Positions 1 to 10,321 of a stretch of DNA of 64,000 bases are shown here, piece after piece. Position numbers and translations under genes: made by a program. The notes beneath the pieces are model-generated. The model did no database searches. It worked only from the letters and a program-made list of their open reading frames with translations, and was not told where the DNA came from. The stretch's first letter is position 1, and each line of letters begins with the position of its first letter. The DNA comes from Candidatus Latescibacterota bacterium (lineage in GTDB: Bacteria; Latescibacterota; UBA2968): the NCBI GenBank assembly GCA_965222605.1, contig OZ244960.1, positions 2,400,001 to 2,464,000 on the forward strand, in the 5' to 3' direction.

Positions 1-894
1 AAGTTCTTCAAGCAATTGAGGATCTCTCTTTCGTCCGCGATCACCAACCCGAAGATCGTGTTGGATCACGCGCTTAATCACGGTCTCGTTCAACTGATCT
101 GCAAGCACAGCCCATTCGACATCCTTCTGTTTGTGGACGATGGGATAGCCGCCGCGCTCTGAAAAATGCCGAAACGCCTCATTCCGAAATCCCGTGTTAT
201 CCTCACCATGAGCACGCAGTTCCCGCCAGAAATTCTTGTCAATCAGAAAACGCAGGCCGTTATCCTGCAGGAATGGCTTCGGCGTTTCCAACTCGCGCAA
301 CGCGCCGATTTCAGTGAGTGAAAGCACCCCCGCTTCAATGGTGTTAATGCGTCCTGCCAGACTATCACGGCCCCTTTCAATCCTCAGTGCAGAACTTCCA
401 GTAACGACAACTTTTACTGAAGCATGATCTACGAGAAACTTGAGTTGTGCATGCCAGCCATCCAGATTCTGAATTTCGTCAAAAAAGAGATATGCCTTCT
501 GCCCATCTCGCGCTAACGCATTGAAACGCGCCTCTGTTATCTTTCGTTCAAACCAGCGGGAAATGGCGAGAATCGGATCCTCTATCCTTTGCAACGATGC
601 CAATTCCTCAAACTGCACGCGAAGGATGCTTGTGGGGGGCACGCCTTCGTCGAGCAAATCCGCAATGATTTGAAACTGTGCCGTCGTCTTTCCTACCTGG
701 CGCGGGCCTCGCACCACGATGATAGGAGCTATCTCTGCATCCAGACGGCGACGTATCTGCGCGACCAGATGTCGGCGCGTCCGCGGTTGTGGCGGCATGA
801 GATCGCCCTCCCACCACGGGTTCAGATCACGCAAGTCAGCGACCAATTGCGGCGCGAGCCAGCTATCGGCAAAAAGCGAATCCTGACTGCTCAT
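1..894 (-). CDS. AAA+ ATPase (AAA_14/DUF4143-type), runs off the window edge
   Basis: Read manually: MSSQDSLF...NPWW...VRGPRQVGKTT (Walker A)...LFFDEIQ (Walker B)...VTGSS...LAGR...GGYP. GGAGAAAGG RBS precedes the ATG at 894. No stop before position 1, so it is absent from the ORF track. Confidence 0.85.
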   Translation of the reverse strand, partial: MSSQDSLFADSWLAPQLVADLRDLNPWWEGDLMPPQPRTRRHLVAQIRRRLDAEIAPIIVVRGPRQVGKTTAQFQIIADLLDEGVPPTSILRVQFEELASLQRIEDPILAISRWFERKITEARFNALARDGQKAYLFFDEIQNLDGWHAQLKFLVDHASVKVVVTGSSALRIERGRDSLAGRINTIEAGVLSLTEIGALRELETPKPFLQDNGLRFLIDKNFWRELRAHGEDNTGFRNEAFRHFSERGGYPIVHKQKDVEWAVLADQLNETVIKRVIQHDLRVGDRGRKRDPQLLEEL

Positions 895-1051
895 GACCAA
901 TCCTTTCTCCAAAGTCTTGCATTGCGACAACGCGAAATTCCGGTTAGCTCCACATCCCTATAATATACAGCATCAGTGCCAAATTCTGACAATTTCCACC
1001 ACATCCCGCCAAACCTGCCAAGCCCCCATCCTGTTCATCCTCCGATCCTGT

Positions 1052-1989
1052 CTATCCTGATTCAGACAGTTGCCTCTCAAAGTGTCTCCCCTGCTTCGCT
1101 GCTTGCCATTGGTCTTCTGTATCGATCTCAGCGCCGGGATCGCCCTGTTGTTTCATCCAGCAATCGAGCTCGGCAGACAGGCGTTCTTTCGCCTCTGCGT
1201 GTGCGGGATCATCAGCCAGATTGGTCAACTCGCAGGGATCCTCGTCCATGCGATACAACTGTTCGGCGGGACGATGCATGTACCGATCCACCAAAAACCG
1301 CGTATGTTCATTAAACGTCGTATCAAAAACCCACGTTGGCCAGTACTGGTGCCATCTAAACTGCCCCATCAGATGCTTCTCAATATAGATCGCCTCGGGC
1401 GTGAGATTGCGAATATAGTGATACGTGCCATCCGTCACCGCGCGGATCGGATAGGGCGGACCCTCGGGAATATTATTATGCATAAAATACGCGAACTCCC
1501 GATGCTCATCTGCCTCGTCCAAAAGAACGGACATAAAACTCGACCCATCAAAATCAATCGCACCTATATCACCGCCCGCAGCTTCAATCAGCGTAGGCGC
1601 GACATCTTCATACTGAATAACCGCATCGGTATATCCCGGTCTCACCTTGCCGGGCCAGCGCACGACAAAACCCGTATGAACACCCGTATTCCAATTCGTC
1701 CACTTGCACCCGGGAAACTGCGACCCCTGTTCAGACGTAAAAATCACCAGCGTATTATCCGCCTGCCCGCTCTCATCCAGCACGACCCATTGCGCGCCGG
1801 ATACAACCCCGTATAAAGTGCCGTACGGCACGGATTGCACATCGCCATTGGCAAATACGCCCGATTAAAAACCAGACCATCACTTGCCAATCGATCAATA
1901 TTCGGCGTCTGCACATTCTGTCCGCCGTACAGCGACAAATCGAGATACGTCGCATCATCTGCAATCATAATCAAAATATTCGGCTCCAT
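1052..1989 (-). pseudogene. Sulfatase pseudogene with internal deletion and frameshift
   Basis: N-terminus (PNILIMIADD...CNPCR...NGSCW, ORF 1744-1989) joins out of frame at ~1775 to a sulfatase C-terminal half (LDESGQADNTLVIFTSEQG...RWPG...LY...DP.EL.NLA, ORF 1052-1840). The central part is missing. Confidence 0.8.
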
Positions 1990-3428
1990 AGCCCCTCCTT
2001 TTTCAGCCCCAATCGCACCAGCAACTCTGGCGGCGCATCAATAGCGCGCAATTTTTCAACCATCAGATTTTGCATACGGGACAGGGCATCTAATTCACTA
2101 TCGGCAAGATCATTCTCCTGATCGGGATCCGAAGGCATGTGATACAACCGCGTCTTGTGCTTCTCGGGATGTCGCGCAGGCGTCTGTTTGCTCCGAAGCA
2201 CATCGGCACCCCAATCAAACTGATTGCGATTGGCAACAATACTCGTATAAGCATACACCGGCGGATTGGACTCATCCACCCCCTGTAACAGCACATACTC
2301 CCCATCGGTAATATTGCACGTCCCTGAAAACTGACCGTACAAAATCGCATCGCGTCCGGACGCATTCTCATCCCGCAGAAACGGAATCAAACTCTGCCCA
2401 TGCAAATTCACCCTGTCAGGCACCGCCAACCCCATAGCCTCCAGCACAGTCGGAAAATAATCAACCGGCTGCACAAATTGCACGGGTCGCGAACCGTGAC
2501 CAAACTCGGGATGCCAAACAATCATCGGAATCCGCGAAATCTCATCCCACAACACCCAATTTTTTCCCGTGCGCCCGTGATCGCCATTGTGCGTCCCGTG
2601 ATCCGACGCAATAATAACCATCGTCTCATCCATCAACCCCATATTCTCAACCTGATCGAGAAAATGCCCCACCCAGCGATCCACCATCGTCACCTCACCC
2701 GCGTAAATCGCCTGCACCCGCTTCAACTCCGCCTCTGTCAAATTGCCCTCCACCCAATCGTAAGGCGCGACCGGATACTCCATCACATCGCCTTCCGAAT
2801 CATCGTACAACTTCACATAGTGCCGTGGCGGATCCCAAGGCTCGTGCGGATCAAAAGAATCAATCATCAAAAAGAACTCCTGATCGGCATTGTGCTGAAG
2901 CCATCGCGCCGCCCTTGAAAACAACTGCGGCGAAAACCAGTCGCGTTCTTCCTTGCGGATATATTGCGCATTGCGAAAATGCGGCTGATCGGGCTTGTTA
3001 TGCGGTGGATAATCCAGCGTCCGATTATCAAAAACAATATCCGAATCCGTCACATATCGATCCCGCTCCTGCCCCCGTACAAAATCAAATCCAGAAAACG
3101 GACGCCAGTACCCACTGCCCGGATTGCTCGTCCAGTGGTGATACACATCCGTAAAAAAGTAGGACACCTTACCCGCCTCATGCACCGTCCCACCCAGCGT
3201 CACATCATCAGGCTCTATACCACCCCAACCCCGCCACGGAAACTCGTATCGCCCCGTCGCAATATCCCGGCGACACGGCAGCGTGGGATACGAAGCAAAA
3301 TACGCATTCTCAAAAACCGCTCCCCGCTCGGCAAAACGATCTATATTCGGCGTATGAATCCGCGAATTGCCATAACACCCCACATGATCTCGACGCCAGG
3401 TATCCAGCACAATAAGAATAACATTCAT
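1971..3428 (-). CDS. Sulfatase-like hydrolase (alkaline phosphatase superfamily) with Thr at the nucleophile position
   Basis: NVILIVLDT, TPNIDRFA, SFDPHEPW, SDHG and LY...DP.QE.DL motifs. The signature reads T-L-P-C-R instead of C/S-x-P-x-R. Confidence 0.85.
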   Translation of the reverse strand: MNVILIVLDTWRRDHVGCYGNSRIHTPNIDRFAERGAVFENAYFASYPTLPCRRDIATGRYEFPWRGWGGIEPDDVTLGGTVHEAGKVSYFFTDVYHHWTSNPGSGYWRPFSGFDFVRGQERDRYVTDSDIVFDNRTLDYPPHNKPDQPHFRNAQYIRKEERDWFSPQLFSRAARWLQHNADQEFFLMIDSFDPHEPWDPPRHYVKLYDDSEGDVMEYPVAPYDWVEGNLTEAELKRVQAIYAGEVTMVDRWVGHFLDQVENMGLMDETMVIIASDHGTHNGDHGRTGKNWVLWDEISRIPMIVWHPEFGHGSRPVQFVQPVDYFPTVLEAMGLAVPDRVNLHGQSLIPFLRDENASGRDAILYGQFSGTCNITDGEYVLLQGVDESNPPVYAYTSIVANRNQFDWGADVLRSKQTPARHPEKHKTRLYHMPSDPDQENDLADSELDALSRMQNLMVEKLRAIDAPPELLVRLGLKKEGLWSRIF

Positions 3429-3438
3429 AGAAAACTCC

Positions 3439-4134
3439 TCATGTATTTAAAATTTCTTCTACCCTCACCCGCAGATCCGCCACAGAACCACCCACGGTAT
3501 TGAGCACCACAGGCCCTTCATACCCATTCGCTTTGAGCGCGCGGACTACATCCGCATCATCTTCCCCAATCGTCACCATCCCGATGCGCCCAACATACTT
3601 ATCCACAATTCCAACAGCATTATCAACACACATCGCATTGAGCCAAATATGTGCGCGCTCGGGCAACTCTGGCATCAAAGCATCAAAATCCGCCGCACTT
3701 TCCAAACACGTATTCACCCCATTCCCTATATTCAGCGTCACATTGAGAATAGTTTCGAGCAACGCATGCACACCGCTCACCAGAGCCTCACGCGATTCGC
3801 GGGTACGCGCACCACTGAGAAAACTTGCACACCGCAAGCGCAGTGCCCGCGCCAGATGAATATCCCACTCAACCTGCCGAAAATTTGAACCTGGATCCAA
3901 CGCGCCCCTGTTATTCAACCCCGTCAAATCGCGCACATGTAACCCCATCAACGCCACACCCGCATCGTCAAAATAATCGCGAATCATCCTCACCGAAACG
4001 TCTGGATGAAATGGCGAACTCGCCGTAAAAGCACAATGCAACACCATAGCATCAAAACCCGCTGCCTTCGCAATATTCAAGGCAGCGGGCAACACGGCTT
4101 TTGGACACATAATTGGATCAAAACACAAACGCAA
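3439..4134 (-). CDS. Sugar-phosphate isomerase/epimerase-like TIM-barrel protein
   Basis: 231 aa with AKAAGFD near the N-terminus and LKANGYEGPVVL near the C-terminus, typical of AP_endonuc_2-like proteins. GGAGG RBS. Confidence 0.55.
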   Translation of the reverse strand: MRLCFDPIMCPKAVLPAALNIAKAAGFDAMVLHCAFTASSPFHPDVSVRMIRDYFDDAGVALMGLHVRDLTGLNNRGALDPGSNFRQVEWDIHLARALRLRCASFLSGARTRESREALVSGVHALLETILNVTLNIGNGVNTCLESAADFDALMPELPERAHIWLNAMCVDNAVGIVDKYVGRIGMVTIGEDDADVVRALKANGYEGPVVLNTVGGSVADLRVRVEEILNT

Positions 4135-4171
4135 AACAGACCTCCAAAAAACAAAGAGAGCGCGTAGCGCA

Positions 4172-7100
4172 TTACCGCCACGACAACATTTTTAGATCGC
4201 GTTCCAATTCGGCACTCGAGAGGTATTTCGCGTCGAGGACAACGGCTTTGCCCGACTGCGTTACCGCCTCGATATTGAGCGGTTTGCCAACCCCTGAGCT
4301 GAGTGGCAAAATGACATTGTTGCTATACGCCGTGGAAGAACGCCCCAATAGGATAAAATCGATATCTTCCGGCAACTCTGCCCGCAGACTGCTCGCCCCC
4401 TGTGTGGTAATGGTCGAAAGCGCGACCTTGCAATTCGGGATATCCAGCGCATTCAAAGCCGACCGAAGTCGGTTGAGATTCATGCGCACCGAATTGCGCC
4501 AGTGCAGGGTCACGCCCGCTGTCCTGGCCAGCCTTGCACAGTTTTCAACGCCGCTTTGGAAGGCTTGCTTATCCGGTCCCAATCTGGCGGGCAGAATCAA
4601 TGCATCTCGCAGCCTCAACTGTTTCATCTTAGAGAAAACATCCTTTAAATAAGTCTGCGTCCATTCATACTGGTAAATCTGCTGCGGCATGAAGGTGATC
4701 TCTTTGTAGCCCTGCATCGCAGAACTAAAGTCCAGGACAACCGACACACCCGTGCGCAGGATAAAGTCCATGTCTTTGGCGATACGCGCATCTGACGCAG
4801 CATACAAATAGCCGGAGTCGATTATTACGCCGCCAAAGGTATCGAAGAAGCCATCCACATGTGCCACGGCGTTGGCTATGCTGCGGATGTTTTCGCGCAC
4901 GACAATATAGCGATTGGCATTCTGCTTCTCTACTTTGCCTTTTGGCTCACTTCGATAGGGCGCGGTCTTCCAATCCCTATAAGTCGCGCCCTGCATATCG
5001 GTATAGAGCTGATCGAAACTTTGATAGTCGCGATCATAGACCGTCGCACCATCGTCTCCCAGCAGTTCAGCGCGATGGAACAGCTTCATCTTTTCTAATA
5101 TTTCAACCCGCTCCTTTTCCGAACAGCCATGGGCATCAACCCGAATCTCAACTTTGTTGCGGTTGAACAGGCGCGAGGCTTCCCTCAGATACCGCGCATT
5201 GTAATCCAGCAATGCCTCTGGGCTAAAGACAAAGCCGGAAAGGTGCTGGATGAACATGGGCCAGACGCGAAGCAACTGTGTGGCATGCGCCACCGAATGC
5301 ACCTTCACATATTGCCCCCTGGGCTGTGCCTTTGGCTTCATTTCCGCAAGCTGTTTGACCTTTTCCTCTTTGAGCTTCACATGGAAAATGCGCACATTTG
5401 AGCCACTGATATAATGCGCGTCATCCACCTGTTGCTTCAATTTGTCCTCAAACTCATGGGGAAAAAAGAACGCTTCCCGTTTCAAATCCAAATCCAAAAG
5501 CTCCCGCTCCGTTATCGCGTCAATTTCACCGACATGGGATTGAATTTTGAATGGTCGAGTATCCAGCGCATCGTTAAATATGCCAACGAGATATTCCCCA
5601 TCGCCTAAACGATTCGCGATATGAGAAAGCCCATCTCCTACGGAGAACAACTGTTGCGACCTGAATGCGGCATCCAGAACACAACGCATGTGTTCTGTCA
5701 AAACATAGGGATATGGAAGCATCCTGTCATTGTTGAACAAGTCATCAAACTCTGTGGTATATCCTTGATGATGCTTTTGAATATCTTCGCGATCGGGCCA
5801 AGCGTAGCTCAGAGCCTCGCGATTTATGCCGAACGCGCTCATCACCAGAGTGATTTTTCCCTCGCCCAGAGCGATTTCGTACACGAGGGGCTTCCCCTCT
5901 ACAGTCGAAATCACGCTTGCGCCAGCGGGAATATTATTCGCCGTAAAAAAGCTGAAGCTATTGGGTTCTACAATATTTTCTCGATCCCTATAGGCCAGGG
6001 TCATCCCGGCTTTTATCTCATATAAGAGAGTAATTCTCCATTGCGGCCACATTTTTCCGGCATTCTCTGCGGTCACCACAAATTGCCCGCCACCTCTAAC
6101 ATAGTCTTCGACCTTGTCGGCTGTGTACAGAGGATCGCTCGCAAGGTCATTCGCCGCGACCACAACGCCGTAACGCTTGAGAACCTCTGGGCGCACATCG
6201 TGGGTGAGCACATCTGCAGCATCGCCATAAGGGGTGTCTGGCAGAAAATACCGCTGGCTGTTGTGAAGCGAATTGTTGGTGTGCCCCGGATAGAGCATGT
6301 TAAAGAGATTCAGCAATAAATGGTCGCCCGCCCGATACGGCAATTTTGTCCAAACCCTGAATGTTACAGCCTCCCTTTTTACTTCTGGTGCTCGCCAGCC
6401 ACAATGATAATCGACCAGCAGGGCAATCGGTGTTTGCATCACGCCTGGCGTGCCGTATTTATCTTGAAATTTCAGAAACTGATTGAACATATAGCCCGTT
6501 GGAGAGAGTTCAGGTGCTTCGTTGTAGCCCCTTTTCAACGCGCCTGTTTCCCAACCCATAAACACGCCGTTCCACATATACATCGTATAAAGCAACCGAC
6601 GCATCGCACTGACACTGCTCTCCGCATCGGAAACTTTGTGAAAATATATTCTGCGTTCCCGCCCCGCTGGCTCGCGTAAATTGTATTTCTCAAATGGCGC
6701 ATTTGGTTCGAGCGACGCACCGGCCGCCAGAATTTTTTTTTCGAGATGTCTTTTGTGTTTTTCCGTCAGCCAAAACGGATTGCCCGAGTGGGATCCCTGC
6801 CATAGCAAGCCGTATTGTTTTCCCATTCCCCGGATAAAAGCATAATGCACGCGCGGATTGATGCTGTTGCGATAAAAACACTGAGCACCTAATAGCGCGG
6901 TTGCTGCATCCGAGCCAGCATATTGCCACAGACTTCCATTGTGGTGCGACAAAATCCGATTGCCCGTTTGTTGCCCATACCACTGGTAGTGATCCAAAAA
7001 ATCGGCTGTCTGCCCAATGCGGGTTCTCGAAAAGGGGAAGACATGACCATGTGACAAATTGAGATATGACATGTCTGATTCGCCAAAGTGCATCCCCAAA

Positions 7101-7561
7101 TAACGGCTTCCCCAAATTTTGTACAGTTCTCTCGCAACATCACTATACGAATCTGCACTTTCAACCCGCATGTTGTAATTCTGGCGATCAACGCCTTTAA
7201 CCCGAAAAACCTTAAAACCAGCCAATCGAAAATAGTATCCATTGTCAATGGCCTCGAGCATTTGATCGCGGGTTTGATCAACTATGTGAAGCGTTGACAT
7301 AGACTTTTCTTCTACCCTCATAACTTTGCCGCGAAACGGGTGATTGGCAAAATCATCCCCGAGACTGCCTCCCTTAATGTGCATCCTGTTGCCAAAGGTA
7401 TCGCGCGTTGGCGGCGGCGACTCGCGCAGCGAATATTCTGGATAATCCGCCACCCTGTGAAAAAACGGATACACAGTCGGTTGCGCCATCGCCATGCCAG
7501 TGCTTGCGGTCGCGACAACCGCAAATGCCAACATGCCCATCCGATGCCCAATCTTTTTCAT
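4172..7561 (-). CDS. Large secreted hypothetical protein (1129 aa), possibly glycoside-hydrolase-like
   Basis: Long uninterrupted ORF with a Sec-type signal peptide (MKKIGHRMGMLAFAVVATASTGMAMA|Q). No family confidently recognised. Confidence 0.7.
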   Translation of the reverse strand: MKKIGHRMGMLAFAVVATASTGMAMAQPTVYPFFHRVADYPEYSLRESPPPTRDTFGNRMHIKGGSLGDDFANHPFRGKVMRVEEKSMSTLHIVDQTRDQMLEAIDNGYYFRLAGFKVFRVKGVDRQNYNMRVESADSYSDVARELYKIWGSRYLGMHFGESDMSYLNLSHGHVFPFSRTRIGQTADFLDHYQWYGQQTGNRILSHHNGSLWQYAGSDAATALLGAQCFYRNSINPRVHYAFIRGMGKQYGLLWQGSHSGNPFWLTEKHKRHLEKKILAAGASLEPNAPFEKYNLREPAGRERRIYFHKVSDAESSVSAMRRLLYTMYMWNGVFMGWETGALKRGYNEAPELSPTGYMFNQFLKFQDKYGTPGVMQTPIALLVDYHCGWRAPEVKREAVTFRVWTKLPYRAGDHLLLNLFNMLYPGHTNNSLHNSQRYFLPDTPYGDAADVLTHDVRPEVLKRYGVVVAANDLASDPLYTADKVEDYVRGGGQFVVTAENAGKMWPQWRITLLYEIKAGMTLAYRDRENIVEPNSFSFFTANNIPAGASVISTVEGKPLVYEIALGEGKITLVMSAFGINREALSYAWPDREDIQKHHQGYTTEFDDLFNNDRMLPYPYVLTEHMRCVLDAAFRSQQLFSVGDGLSHIANRLGDGEYLVGIFNDALDTRPFKIQSHVGEIDAITERELLDLDLKREAFFFPHEFEDKLKQQVDDAHYISGSNVRIFHVKLKEEKVKQLAEMKPKAQPRGQYVKVHSVAHATQLLRVWPMFIQHLSGFVFSPEALLDYNARYLREASRLFNRNKVEIRVDAHGCSEKERVEILEKMKLFHRAELLGDDGATVYDRDYQSFDQLYTDMQGATYRDWKTAPYRSEPKGKVEKQNANRYIVVRENIRSIANAVAHVDGFFDTFGGVIIDSGYLYAASDARIAKDMDFILRTGVSVVLDFSSAMQGYKEITFMPQQIYQYEWTQTYLKDVFSKMKQLRLRDALILPARLGPDKQAFQSGVENCARLARTAGVTLHWRNSVRMNLNRLRSALNALDIPNCKVALSTITTQGASSLRAELPEDIDFILLGRSSTAYSNNVILPLSSGVGKPLNIEAVTQSGKAVVLDAKYLSSAELERDLKMLSWR

Positions 7562-7594
7562 CTCGGATTCCCTGTTTGCACCGCGTGCGACCTA

Positions 7595-8380
7595 CTACAT
7601 CCCCTCCCAATACTCCCACATATCATCCGGATCTTCAAATTTCAAATCATCCCAATTCGTCCATCGAAAACGCGTAATAATTGCCATGCGAATTTCATCG
7701 CTACAATTCACACTCGCGCTATGAACCAAATGACTATGCCAGAGCATCGCGGTTCCCGCAGGCCCGGAAATCTCCTCGTAATTCTCTTCATCCCAGTCGA
7801 GAATCTCCAGCGGCCTCGTCGAACGCGGTTCCCCTTCGTAAATCGGCAAATCGTAAAACGACTTACCCAGACTCACGCGCGAATGGGTCTTAAAATAGTC
7901 CGCCATGTACTTATGCGTACCCGGCCACACACAGGTACCACCACCCTGACGCTTCACATCATTGAGATACAGCGTAATACCCACCGTCCAATTATTCACA
8001 ACACCGCTGCCAAGCCCGTGACCGTCCATGTGATTGCCCCTGGGATCTTCCCATTTGCCATATTGTGGAAACCGCAAATTTGCCGATGTAGTTTGTGCAT
8101 GCAAAGGCGCCAAACGATCTTTGCCAGCCAACTCTTCAACCATGTCGTACAGAGGCGAATCGTAAACCAACGCGTGAAACTCCGCCTGACCATCCATCCC
8201 CTGAGACCCCTCTTTCCCGCCCTGTACCCACGTAGAAGGATCATTGCGATCCACATGCAAATGATCCCAAACCACATCTCGCGCGGCTTCCATCTGTTCG
8301 GGCGTCACCACATCGCGTTTGATCACATAGCCCTTCTCCCGAAACACCTCTTTATCATCACCTGTCAAATACGCCATCAC
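7595..8380 (-). CDS. Phytanoyl-CoA dioxygenase family (PhyH) protein
   Basis: F.EKGYVI, HMD metal motif, VWPGTH, distal LVHSA and IR. Confidence 0.85.
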   Translation of the reverse strand: MMAYLTGDDKEVFREKGYVIKRDVVTPEQMEAARDVVWDHLHVDRNDPSTWVQGGKEGSQGMDGQAEFHALVYDSPLYDMVEELAGKDRLAPLHAQTTSANLRFPQYGKWEDPRGNHMDGHGLGSGVVNNWTVGITLYLNDVKRQGGGTCVWPGTHKYMADYFKTHSRVSLGKSFYDLPIYEGEPRSTRPLEILDWDEENYEEISGPAGTAMLWHSHLVHSASVNCSDEIRMAIITRFRWTNWDDLKFEDPDDMWEYWEGM

Positions 8381-9822
8381 ACACTCCTTCCATCTGCGAT
8401 ATACCGCTCGACCATCTCCCTGAATTCGCGCACAACACCCGGTTCGCGGTTGAACAGATTATACGACTCAAACGGATCATCTCTCATGTGATAAAGCTGA
8501 CCCCTTGACCCCGGCACAGGACCCGTACCCGCACACCCATCCACACCACGCCCGCTATCCCCGGAATTATCACAATCGACAATCAACTTCCAATCCCCTC
8601 GCCGAATCGAAAACACCCCCATGCAGGAATGGTGTATCAGATCATTGCGAACAAGCTCGTTCTCATCCTTCAATGCGGGCAAAAAACTCGCACTATCTTC
8701 GCCCGCATTCTCCTCACCCACAATATCCGCCACAGTCGCCATAAAATCCTGCAGCCCGACCAACGCATCGCAAACCGAATTGGGCGCAACAACACCCGGC
8801 CAGCGCGCGATAAACGGCTCTCTGTGTCCGCCCTCCCAGATAAACCCCTTAAAACCGCGCCAATCACCGCAGGACTTATGGCCATACGTGCGACCATTAC
8901 ACCCGGGCAATGCACCATTGTCACTCGTCACTATAACCAGCGTATCATCCGCCAAACCACAGCGATCCAGCGCATCCATCACCTGCCCCACCATCCAGTC
9001 AAACAGCGCGACCATATCCCCCCGGGGACCTGCCTCACTCGCACCGCGCAAAAACTCCGGCACACACGCAACCGTACACGGTTCATGCGGCGCAGAAGCC
9101 GCCAGATAAAGAAAAAAGGGCTTATCTTCATCCTGCGCCCGCTCCTCAATATACGCCACAGCTTTCTCAGTAAAAATCGGATCCGCTTCCTTGTGGTCCC
9201 AATCCGGAACCATCAAACCGCGCCGACCACCCGCCATCTCAACCGGCTTCTGTACACTCGGAATACCCACCGTCTGATCCTGATCGATAAAACAATAAGG
9301 CGGCTGCGCCGTCGAACAACCCGATGTTCCGTAAAATCTGTCAAATCCCAATTCAACGGGTCCACCCGTAATCGGCTTTGAAAAATCGATCTTATCTTCC
9401 TCCACCGGATCAGGTGACCCACCCGGCCAGGGCAAAGGCAGATCAAAATCAAACACCTCACCATCCTTCACCCCCCAGCCCAAACCCAAATGCCACTTGC
9501 CAAAACACCCCGTGTGATATCCACATCTTTTCAACAAAGAAGCCACCGTCACGCGCTCGGGTTCAATCAATGGCAGTTCGTAATTGAACAATACATGGCT
9601 CTTCAGTTCTGTGCGCCAGCAATAACGCCCGGTCAAAATGCCGTATCGCGTGGGCGTACACACCGCCGAAGGCGAATGTGCATCCGTAAACCGCATCCCC
9701 TCACGCGCCAACCGATCCATATATGGCGTGGGGATTTTCGACTGCGGATTATAACACCCCACATCGCCATAGCCCATGTCATCGGCGAGGATATAAACAA
9801 TATTCGGACGTGTATTTGACAT
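8377..9822 (-). CDS. Arylsulfatase (Cys-type)
   Basis: PNIVYILADDMGYGD, CTPTRYGILTG, GKWHLG, TSDNG, EGGHREP. Confidence 0.92.
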   Translation of the reverse strand: MSNTRPNIVYILADDMGYGDVGCYNPQSKIPTPYMDRLAREGMRFTDAHSPSAVCTPTRYGILTGRYCWRTELKSHVLFNYELPLIEPERVTVASLLKRCGYHTGCFGKWHLGLGWGVKDGEVFDFDLPLPWPGGSPDPVEEDKIDFSKPITGGPVELGFDRFYGTSGCSTAQPPYCFIDQDQTVGIPSVQKPVEMAGGRRGLMVPDWDHKEADPIFTEKAVAYIEERAQDEDKPFFLYLAASAPHEPCTVACVPEFLRGASEAGPRGDMVALFDWMVGQVMDALDRCGLADDTLVIVTSDNGALPGCNGRTYGHKSCGDWRGFKGFIWEGGHREPFIARWPGVVAPNSVCDALVGLQDFMATVADIVGEENAGEDSASFLPALKDENELVRNDLIHHSCMGVFSIRRGDWKLIVDCDNSGDSGRGVDGCAGTGPVPGSRGQLYHMRDDPFESYNLFNREPGVVREFREMVERYIADGRSV

Positions 9823-9823
9823 G

Positions 9824-10228
9824 CTAAACCCTCATATTGACCCACGGTTCATCCCCCGACACATCAACCAACACCTCACCATCGAATTTAGCGGGAGACA
9901 AAATCGCCAGAAATACCAGATCCTCATCCCCGGCATTATACGTCCCATGCACCATATCCATCGGAATATGCGCCGCATCTCCCGGTCCCAAAATTCGTGA
10001 ATCCCTATTCACCCACTGTTCTGCTGTTCCCGAAATCACATAAATAATCTCTTCCATACACGGATGGCGATGAAACGCGTGCGCCTTGCCCGGCGGCATC
10101 GTCACCCGCACCAGCAACAAATGACCTGCCTCGGTCAATCCCTCCCGACTGATCCACTCATGCGGTCCCCACGGCAATTCATCCACCTGCACATCGTCCT
10201 GCGTGATAAACCTGAGTACATCTGACAT
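9824..10228 (-). CDS. Cupin domain protein
   Basis: HAFHRHP.MEEIIYVISG...GD..HIP...HG cupin motifs; 134 aa. Confidence 0.88.
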   Translation of the reverse strand: MSDVLRFITQDDVQVDELPWGPHEWISREGLTEAGHLLLVRVTMPPGKAHAFHRHPCMEEIIYVISGTAEQWVNRDSRILGPGDAAHIPMDMVHGTYNAGDEDLVFLAILSPAKFDGEVLVDVSGDEPWVNMRV

Positions 10229-10321
10229 GATTATCTCCTCAACGGAGTTTATAGAGCGTCACGCCCTGCCTTCTCCAAATAAGCCTCTAATTAGCCAGAA
10301 TTAGCCAATTGACCACGCGCA

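Noticed and set aside
620-645. Possible frameshift or phase-variable G6 run in the AAA ATPase
   Set aside because: Reading through GTG CCC CCC ACA keeps the frame. The gene is missing from the ORF track only because it runs off the window edge.
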